A DNA stretch of 17,894 nucleotides from Azolla caroliniana (lineage: Eukaryota; Plantae; Polypodiophyta). The notes under the pieces were generated by a model that was given only the letters and a program-made list of their open reading frames with translations, had not been told where the DNA came from and did no database searches. Shown piece after piece: positions 1-8,290 of the stretch. The number at the start of each line of letters is the position of its first letter. The stretch's first letter is position 1. A program made the translations under genes and the position numbers. Location: NCBI GenBank assembly GCA_043228905.1, contig JBHGNT010000677.1:1-17894 (forward strand). The letters are read 5' to 3'.

Positions 1-199
1 AACCCTATGTGATCCTAGACAAGACCGACCAGAAGGAGCAATCGGACGAAGATTGCGGTGATGCGGAAAGCGAAGAAAGTGGATTAGAACTCATCGTCGA
101 CTTAAGGGGAGAATCGGAGGAAGCTTCGGATGAAGGTGAATAGCAAGCATCGGGGACTTCGGCACATACCGGAGGATGTGCGGGTTCGGAGGGGGTGAG
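1..199 (+). mobile_element. 3' end of an upstream LTR retroelement: acidic ORF tail followed by a PPT-like tract
   Basis: Frame 3 reads PYVILDKTDQKEQSDEDCGDAESEESGLELIVDLRGESEEASDEGE* (stop 141-143). The purine tract GGAGGGGGTGAG at 188-199 directly precedes a TG at 200. Confidence 0.4.
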
Positions 200-1046
200 T
201 GTCGTAGTGTAATTCGTACACTACGTGAAAAATTACATTTTTGGTCTCTCTGGATAGGACATGGAGTACCTGGTGAGAACCGGAAGAAGGAACCGGTAAG
301 GACCAAAACCGGCAAGGAGACCTGGCAAGAGCCGGATGAAGAAGGCTGGTGAGAGTCGGTGAGAAACGGATGAAGAGATCGATAAGGAGGTCCCGGTAAG
401 AATCAGACAAAGAAAACTATCAAGCATCGGATGAAGCAGAACCGGAAAGAGCCGGATGAAGAAGGCCGGTGAGAGTCTCTCACCGGATAAAGAGACGTAT
501 TTGTAAATAGAAGAAAGTATAAAAATATATATATTACATGCATAGGGCAAGATTCGAACCTTGCACCTCCATGTTAATAATGTTAAGCCTTATCATTATA
601 GTAGGGTATCATGAATTTTAAAGTTATACTAAACTTTATTCCATGTAAAATTTCTAGACATGCATGGTACAAAAGTTATTCATGCATAGACACTCGAGTT
701 AAAAAGAAAAGATGAGATAGAAAGCTAATCATGCACATGCAGTGTGCATGAAAACTAAAGATAGAAAAAGCATGATGCTTGCATGTGATAAACTTAGACT
801 CTTCCAACACTATATAAGGAAGAGAGAAAGATGTATAGAGGTGGTTTTTTATTTTTACAAGGGTTGATTAATATAATATAATCGTGGGATTCACGAATTT
901 GCTAACTATTTTTCTCTCTTAATCTGAGTACTCACTAATACACTATACTCGTGGGATTCACGAGTTTTTCATATCTTTCTTTCTTACAATATATTTCATA
1001 TTCTTAATTGACTTAGAATTTTCTTCTCTCCTGGTCCAAAATCTCA
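200..1046 (+). repeat. Probable LTR related to the Tork-like copia A family, interrupted by an AT-rich insert at 502-988
   Basis: Starts TGTCGTAG after a PPT. 245-490 shares GAGAACCGG / GGCAAGAGCCGGATG modules with the LTR at 7681. Ends ...ATCTCA (1046), followed by GTGGT, a possible truncated Met-tRNA PBS. Confidence 0.45.
502..988 (+). mobile_element. Putative AT-rich solo LTR (487 bp)
   Basis: TGTAA...TTACA inverted termini, abrupt drop in GC, TATATAAG at 811-818, duplicated TCGTGGGATTCACGA (882-896, 949-963). Flanks GTATT/ATATA match only 3/5 as a TSD. Confidence 0.5.
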
Positions 1047-1051
1047 GTGGT

Positions 1052-1993
1052 TCCCACCCGATTCACGCAACGATCTGGAGCCAAAAGGCACGACACCGTA
1101 GTCCCTAGAACCGGGAGAAGTCAGGGACACGGTCAAAGTCAAGGGGGAGGCCCACCTGCTTCTATTGCGGCAAGCCGGGACACTTCCAGAAGAACTGCGT
1201 GTTTGTGAAGATGTTCGAAGGAGGCGACTTCCTAATACTCCTTCTGTACGTGGACGACATGTTGATCGTCGGACGGGACCAAGCATAAATACGGATGCTA
1301 AAGAAGGCTCTCAATCGAACCTTCGCAATGAAAGACTTGGGTCCGGCAAGACAGATGCTGGGGATGCATATCATCCGGAACCGGCCAACGAAGCAATTGT
1401 GGCTGTCACAGGAGAAGTACGTGACAAAGGTGCTTCAACGGTTCAACATGTTAGAAGCGAAACCGGTCGGATCGACACTCCCGGAAAACTGCAGATTATC
1501 CGGTAAGAAAATCCCGAAGATGAAAGCAGAGAAGGCTGATATGATGAAGGTTCCATATGCCTCTGCCGTCGGGAGCTTAATGTACGCAATGGTGTGTACC
1601 CGACCGGATATAGGATACGCAGTTGGAGTGGTGAGCCGGTTTATGAGCAATCCCGGCAAGGAGCACTGGAACGCGGTCAAATGGATACTCCGGTACTTGA
1701 AGGGCACTTCAAATATGTGTCTCTGATTCGGCTCCGGAAAATCTCAACTTGATGGTTTTACCGATTCGGACATGTTGGCTGATGTGGATACCAACCGGTC
1801 TACATCCGGGTATATAATGACATATGTTGGGGGAGCTGTTTCGTGGCAGTCGAGGCTACAGAAGACGGTTGCGTTGTCAACCACGGAAGTGGAGTACATG
1901 GCGGCTGTGGAAGCCGGCAAGGAAATATTATGGATGAAGGACTTCATCGGAGAGCTCGGTATCCGGCAAGATGAATACCGGCTCTATTGCGAC
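1052..1993 (+). pseudogene. Copia A (Tork/Tnt1-like) gag-pol remnant: CCHC zinc knuckle fused to the C-terminal RT and N-terminal RNase H
   Basis: One frame contains CFYCGKPGHFQKNC (1157-1198), LLLYVDDML (YVDD 1247-1258), MKDLGPARQMLGM, VPYASAVGSLMYAMVCTRPDI, SWQSRLQKTVALSTTEVEY and LYCD. In-frame stops at 1286 and 1724. Confidence 0.92.
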
Positions 1994-2025
1994 AGGGTTT
2001 AGGGTTTAGGGTTTAGGGTTTAGGG
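1994..2025 (+). repeat. Interstitial plant telomeric repeat AGGG(TTTAGGG)4
   Basis: Perfect Arabidopsis-type repeats read directly from the sequence, located exactly at the A/B1 junction. Confidence 0.98.
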
Positions 2026-2157
2026 AACAGCGCAGCCTCCTCGAAACCTGCACAGGTACGCGATGGAGCAGAGGGCAGAGAAGAGAGGAGCTCCGAAATC
2101 GGTTCGGCAGCACTTCGTCCTCTCCGCGCGAGATCCCTGCAACAGCTCTTTCCTGCT

Positions 2158-2168
2158 CCTTATATAGG
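2158..2168 (-). promoter_or_regulatory. Candidate antisense TATA box (CCTATATAAGG) in the B1 leader
   Basis: On the minus strand it is followed by a pyrimidine patch (CTCCTCTCTTCTCTGCCCTCTG) and then (CCCTAAA)4 telo-boxes. Confidence 0.35.
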
Positions 2169-5100
2169 CCGACGAGCAGGCCGTCCTGTCAGCTTTATTC
2201 CCTGTCCCTTTTGGACAGGGATCCGCTCCGTTTTTCACGCATCCGCGTAGTTACGCCGCCGACTCGTACAGTTCGCGCGCGCGACCGAAAAGACTGTTCG
2301 CGCGGTCTTCGTCTCCACTTGAGTTAGGGCCCGTTCCTGCCGATTATCCTCCTAATTCGCTTCTATGCACAACTTGGAGCGTGCGCGTGTGAAGAACCGG
2401 TTCCCACGCCCTGGTGCGCCGATTCCGCCTACGGACGGTTTTCTTCACGACAGCGTCTTGGTCCTACAAGATGCACCAGTACCTGCTCGGGCACGACTAC
2501 TGGAATTATGTCGAAGGAGCTAATGACGCGGCACCCAAATCGACACACAGAGACTTCCCGTTGTGGGAGCAATCGGCGAGCAGGGTATTATACTGCTTCG
2601 CGTCGTGTGTGGGCGAACAACTATTGAGCTATGTTCGGGATGCAAAGACGCCGAAGGGTGCGTGGGAAAATCTGAAGAAGATTTTCGCCGCGAGAACCAC
2701 AGCCAGGAAGCTTCAGCTCTGACAGGAGTTGAGCAACCTACGACAACACAACTTGTCGGTGGCGGACTGTACCTCGAAGATAAAGGATATTTGCGACTCC
2801 CTCGCCTCCATAGAGGTGAACATTGAGGAGAGCGAGATGGTCCAGATCTGTCTCGGAGGTTTGTCGTCGAAGTTTGGAGCGTTCCGAACGACTGTGTGTA
2901 CCTGGGAGAATACGTCGTCCTTTTTCGACTTACAGTCGATGCTCCTGGTAGAGGAGAACCACGCGGGTGCGTCTACAAGCACACACATCGACAACAGAAT
3001 GTTGTACACGGAGGGAGAAAGGCCCCGTGGTCGTGGCAGACGAGGCGAGTCGGCGCGCAATGGAGGCGGCCGACGAGATCAAGGAAGAAGGCACCGAAGT
3101 GATGCTGACAACAACTCCGGACCCTCCGAAAACAGGGGGAGTCGAAGCGATGAAAACCGGCAATGGAAGGCCATCGCGGAGTGTTGGTACTGTGGCAAGA
3201 AAGGCCACAGGGAAAGTGAGTGCTGGAAGAAGCGCGCCGATTCGGAGAGAACCGGTTCCGGAAACGGCTCCGGACATACCGACAAGGGAAATCGGCAGCG
3301 ACCGTACTACGCCGAAGACTCCGGGAGAGCCGAAGAAGGGTTTGCCTTTGTGACGAGACACGAAGCAAACTCAATGAAACAGACCACCCCGAGATCGGAC
3401 GAGTTGTGGTACGTAGACTCCGGCATGTCAAACCACATGACGAGCCATAAGGAGTGGTTCTCGTACCTTGAAAGACCGATACAACCTGGAGTAGTCACAA
3501 CTGGAGATGACACTCTGCATCCGATCGCGAATGTCGGAGAAGTTCCCCTTAGCCACGTCGGGCAGAAAGGGAAACTCATGAATGTGTTGCACGTTCCGAC
3601 AATCACGAAGAACTTGGTCTCGGTCGGACAGATCCTCGACCAAGGGATGGAGGTTCGGTTTACACACCTCGTGTGCTTCATTGAGGAAGAAGGCCGTGTG
3701 ATTGCGCAAGGGCGCAGAGATGGTAGGATGTTCATCCTCGACTCCACTGACGGCGGCACCGCAATGTTCGCGAGGGAAGAAAAACCGAGTCGGACATTGA
3801 CTTGTGGCACAAGAGGATAGGCCACGACAACTACAAGTGGCTTCAAGATCTGCAATCGAAACAGGTAGTGTTCGGATTGCCCAAATTTAGTGGCCAAAAG
3901 GCACAAATTTGTGAAGCCTGCCAGCTCGGGAAGCAACACGGACTTCCTTTCCCAAACGAGCGAAACCGGAGCCGGAACAAGCTTGACCTTATACACTCCG
4001 ATGTGTGGGGACCGGCACAAAACGTTAGTCTTGGCGGGAGCCGATATTTCGTCTCCTTCATGGACGACCACACGCGGCACAAGTGGATCAACCTCATTGA
4101 GAGGAAGAGCGAAGTCTTCGACTGTTTCCGGGACCTCAAAGGGTTCGTGGAAACGGAAACGGGACGGAAGATCAAGTGCCTGCGGTCAGATGGCGGGAAA
4201 GAGTACTTTTCCGGTCAATTCAATGGTTACCTACAACAAATGGGAATTTGGCGCGAATTCAGTTGTAGATACACGTCGGAGCAGAACGGCGTGGCCGAGA
4301 GGAAGAATCGGTCAGTTGTGGAAGCGGCACGAGCAATGCTGGAGGAGAAGAGCTTGCCCAAGTTCTACTGGGCCGAGGCGGTAAGGACCGCGGTATACAT
4401 CCAGAACCAAATCGGAGACAAAGTGTCGGCGCACGAGCTATATTTCGGAACGAAGCCGAACTTGCGACACTTGAGGGTGTTTGGTAGCATTGCGTATGTG
4501 CATGTACCGAAGGAGAAAAGGAGGAAGCTGGACGCAAAGGCCGAGAAATGCATCTTGGTCGGTTACTCAGATGAGCAGAAGGGTTATAAATGCTATAACC
4601 CTCGCACCAACAAGCGCATGTTAGCCGCGACGTTGTGTTTGACGAGTCCGCGTCCTGGTACCAGCCCCCGACTCCGAACCCCGACTCCAATCCGAGCTCT
4701 GACGATGAAGTCAGCGAGGCCGAGATGCCTCCGGATGAGCCCGAAATCGAGACCCGCGAAGAGAGTCTGATTTCACTCCGTTTAAGTGGACCGATTGGAC
4801 GACTGAGTCGGTACGACCAGTCCGATGAAGAGCTGGCGAGTAGTGGAGACTCGACCGTGCATTCCCCGCGCAAGAAGCCGAGGAGACGGCTTACGCGCAA
4901 AGAGAAAGGGAAGAAGAAGGTGTCGGATTCCGGCACGGATAGGAACGAGTCAGACCGACGCGAGTCCGACTCCGAGGGAACCGGTGACGGATCTTTAAAG
5001 GTGAAGTCCGCGTCGACCGAGAAGGCCTCGACATCGGCTAATGTGAGATTACGCTGATCTACCCGCCAGAAGAATCCTGTTTTGCAATTCGGATACAACG

Positions 5101-6650
5101 AGTACATGGCGCATCATTATGCGTACATGACCCGTGTAGCGGAAGTGCGTGAGCCGGAGAGCTACGCAGAAGCGGCTAATGACGAGAATTGGCGTGCCGC
5201 GATGGAGGAAGAGATGCACGCTTTGGCGGAGAACGAGACCTGGGACCTGGTTGACGCGCCAAGAGGGGTCAAACCAATCGGGTGTAGGTGGGTGTACAAA
5301 GTCAAGTACAACACCGATGGCTCGGTCAACCGGTACAAGGCTCGGCTAGTGGCAAAGGGCTACGCGCAGAAACACGGCATCAACTACGATGAGACATTTG
5401 CGCCGGTCGCGAAAATGACGACTGTCCGTGTTTTGCTCGCCATAGCCGCGGCCAAGGGGTGGCACCTACATCAGATGGATGTAAAAAATGCGTTCCTTCA
5501 AGGTGACCTCGAGGAACAGGTGTACATGGTACAGCCCCCCGGATTTCACTCCGGAACGAACTCCTCGGCAGTATGCCAACTGAAGAAGTCCCTTTACGGA
5601 CTGAAGCAAGCCCCGCGTGCCTGGAATGCGAAGATCATGCAACAACTGCGTCGGATGGGCTTCGTCACTTCAAAATCGGACTCTTCCCTGTTCATCTGGA
5701 AAGGTCGACTCGGACCGGTTAGTATTTTACTATATGTTGATGACTTGGTCATCACCGGCGCCGACCTAGGTGAAATCGACCGCGTGAAGCTCCAGCTTGC
5801 GGCATCGTTCGACATGAAGGATCTGGGGGACCTTCATTACTTCCTCGGGATCGAAGTGATCCGTACCCCCGAAGGCATATTAATCAGCCGAGTATGCTCT
5901 TCAAATTCGGGATGGCCGACAGTAAGTTCGTCTCGACTCCTCTGGACAGAACCGTCAAGCTTCGTCCCGATATGGGAAAGGTATGCGACCCGACGAGGTT
6001 CCGACAAATTGTCGAAAGCCTCATATACTTGACCATCACCCGACCCGACCTCAGTTATCCGGTCGGAGTGATCAGTCAGTTCATGGCGCGACCTACCGAG
6101 GAGCACCTTCGGTATGTCAACGGCACTAAGGACCGAGGACTGCTATATCGGACCGGTGCAATCGCGCAGTTAGTCGGCTACACCGATGCTAATTGGGCTG
6201 GCAACGCCGCCGATCGCCGATCCACGTCCGGATACGCATTCTCCCGCGGGAGTGCCGCGATCGCGTGGAGCAGTAAGAAACAGCCGACAGTTGCACTGTC
6301 GAGCACCGAAGCTGAGTACCGAGGAGCGGTTGTCGCGACATGTGAAGCCATATGGTTGAAGCGGCTTCTTAAGGACTTGCAAGAGGAGGTGTCAGATCCG
6401 ACGACGATCTACTGCGTGCGACAACCTCAGCAGCATCCAGCTCGCGAAAAACCCCGTTTTTCACGCACGGACCAAGCACATTGAGGTGCACTACCATTTC
6501 GTCTGTGAGCGTGTCCTTTTCGGTGAAGTCGAACTTCAGTACGTTTCGACGGATCGGCAGACTGCCGACATCTTCACCAAGCCTCTTGGTTTGGACAAGT
6601 TGCGGCAATTCTCAGGTGCGCTCGGATTGCATCACCTTGACGTGCCAAAC

Positions 6651-6661
6651 TTGAGGGGGAG
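6651..6661 (+). other. Vestigial/internal copia polypurine tract TTGAGGGGGAG
   Basis: Canonical copia PPT at the usual position just after RNase H, but not followed by a TG LTR start; it is translated as LRGR. Confidence 0.6.
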
Positions 6662-7181
6662 AACAGTCCCGAACGACCAAGCAAGGCAGCAGGAAAGGAG
6701 CGGAGACCGCGACACCGAATCGGTTAACTCGGTTGTCGAATTCGACTTCGGATTGGTTGAAGAAGCCGAGGGCGGACCCGCGGAAAAGTTTGGAAGAGGA
6801 CAGAAGGGGAGCAGTCGAAAGAGAGAGCCGAAGCCAACCATGCATGGGGAAGATGACGCCACCGAGGGCGAGAAGACCGAAGACAAGTTGGAGACAGCCA
6901 ACTCGGACGAGAGCGAAAACCGAACGGAGGTAGCCGAGTCGGTTCGGATGTTTGATTCAGATACGCTAAATCAACCGAGGCCCAAGCGAAAGAAAAGGCA
7001 GCAGGAGAAGCGCCAACACCGCAATAACAGAAGAGCTATTAAGGGCCACCTGAGCAGACAAGCCAACCGGAAGGGTCGAAGCGCGCGGAGTCAAACAGGT
7101 CGAGGAGCGCGAGCGAGGCGTGAAGCCAGGAGGAACCGGAGTTGTGAGCCTGAAGATCCCGAAGAGCCTCAAGTTGAGCTT

Positions 7182-7190
7182 GAGGAGGAG
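7182..7190 (+). other. B1 polypurine tract GAGGAGGAG
   Basis: Directly abuts the TGTTG LTR start at 7191. Confidence 0.85.
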
Positions 7191-7583
7191 TGTTGAGAGA
7201 CAAGCTCAACATCGGCCGGATCGGCTGAAGAAGCCGAGGACCGGATCGGTTGGACCGATCGGTTAGGCCAAGTGCATAAACCGGGAGGCCGTTAGGAAAG
7301 ATATTCCGTGAGGAATATGTTTGGGAGTTAGTGTAGGAGCTCTCAATGAGCATTGAAGTACTGTCAGTACTTCTGTCAGTCCTTCTTGGACTTGTATGAA
7401 AGTGTTCACTGAACACATATGTATAGAGTCGAAAATAGAGTTTTGAATACAGTGTGTGTGTCTTCTCTCTCACTCTCTCTTTCTCTCCCGCGTATACTGC
7501 GTAAGCTCAAGCTCTCCATTAAACCTGAGTCTTTCTTCCTTCTGTTCGGTCTTTATACCTGCTTCCGCACGTTACTTTTTACA
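7191..7583 (+). repeat. B1 3' LTR (393 bp)
   Basis: TGT...ACA termini, PPT upstream, CT-rich 3' part; host coding sequence resumes at 7584. Confidence 0.85.
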
Positions 7584-7680
7584 GATATGCTGACCAAAGT
7601 GCTGATACCCGACAAGCTGGAAGCATGCCAGAAGCGGATCGGACTAGTAAGACACCCCATGCTGGAGTGAAGTGGGAGTT
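7584..7680 (+). pseudogene. C-terminus of the element A RNase H plus PPT
   Basis: DMLTKVLIPDKLEACQKRIGL...* is a Tork-type pol end (stop 7668-7670), followed by GAAGTGGGAG and the LTR TG at 7681. Confidence 0.88.
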
Positions 7681-7902
7681 TGTTAGGAAATAGGTCCCTC
7701 CGGATGGTGACGACCCAGTCAGAACCGGATGAGGAGTACCCGGCAACGGAAGACCAGGTGAGAACCGGATGAGGATTACCCGGCAAGAGCCGGATGGTGA
7801 AGACCCAGTGAGAACTGGATGAGGAGTACCCAGCAATGGAAGACCCGGTGAGAACCGGATGAGGAGTACCCGGCAAGTGCCGGATGATGCAGGCCCAGTG
7901 AG
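7681..7902 (+). repeat. Element A 3' LTR, 5' part only, with 40+50-bp tandem subrepeats
   Basis: Starts TGTTAGGAAA after the PPT; AGAAC(C/T)GGATGAGGA units start at 7721, 7761, 7811 and 7851. Confidence 0.85.
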
Positions 7903-7907
7903 GAGTG

Positions 7908-8173
7908 CTCACCGGGCCTGCATCATCCGGCTCTTGCTAGGTTGCCGTCATCCGGTTCTCACCGGGTCTTCCGTAGCCAGGTACTCGTCATCCGGCGCTT
8001 GCTGGGTACACCACATCCGGTTCTCATCGGGTCTTCCGTTGCCGGGTACTCGTCATCCGGTGCTTGCCGAGTACACCACATCCAGTTTTGGCCGAGGCCG
8101 TTAGGCCTCGGCCGAGATTGCTCATCAGTATTGTTCTTCTCATTTCCCATCCGGAGGGACCTGTTTCCTAACA
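7908..8173 (-). repeat. Inverted 5' part of a second A-family LTR
   Basis: 8147-8173 is the reverse complement of 7681-7707 (26/27 identical); the same subrepeat modules occur on the minus strand. Confidence 0.85.
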
Positions 8174-8290
8174 CATCCTGTGTACTCTTCTCTCCTTTGT
8201 GTCTGCTTTCATTTCCCGTTTTCTGTGTATGATTCTAAGCTCTGTTGTGGCTGAGCGTTGCGCATAGGGAGCGTGTAGTTCCTGTCAAGT

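Larger units (their letters stand above)
2453..7196 (+). pseudogene. B1 gag-pol polyprotein (disrupted)
   Basis: gag SWSYKMHQYLLGHDYW; CWYCGKKGHRESEC knuckle; protease WYVDSG; INT WHKRIGH..CEAC, HSDVWGP, RSDGGKEY, NGVAERKNR; RT YKARLVAKGY, QMDVKNAFL, LYVDDL; RH YTDANWAG, EAEY, ADIFTK. Stops at 2720 and 5055; frameshifts near 3780, 4610, 5890 and 6415; gag start codon missing. Confidence 0.95.
1994..7583 (+). mobile_element. Ty1/copia element B1 (probably Bryco/RLC5-like), no 5' LTR, inserted in the RNase H of element A
   Basis: gag-PR-INT-RT-RH domain order, then PPT and 3' LTR. Host RNase H resumes directly after 7583 (DMLTK). The lineage call is from recalled similarity only. Confidence 0.88.

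Noticed and set aside
1-7. AACCCTA telomere-like motif at the window edge
   Set aside because: Single partial unit that cannot be evaluated without upstream sequence.
1994-2170. Telomerase RNA gene (TATA plus C-rich template on the minus strand)
   Set aside because: No recognisable USE upstream of the TATA; four repeats is far longer than a template; the context is a TE junction.
2713-5107. Long antisense and alternate-frame ORFs (e.g. 3307-4080, 4259-5107)
   Set aside because: Shadow ORFs of GC-rich gag-pol with no recognisable motifs.
7721-7900. CRISPR or independent satellite
   Set aside because: These are LTR-internal 40+50-bp subrepeats without unique spacers.
8174-8290. Remnant 5' LTR of B2
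   Set aside because: Only compositional resemblance to the B1 LTR 3' part and no intact PBS; insufficient to call.
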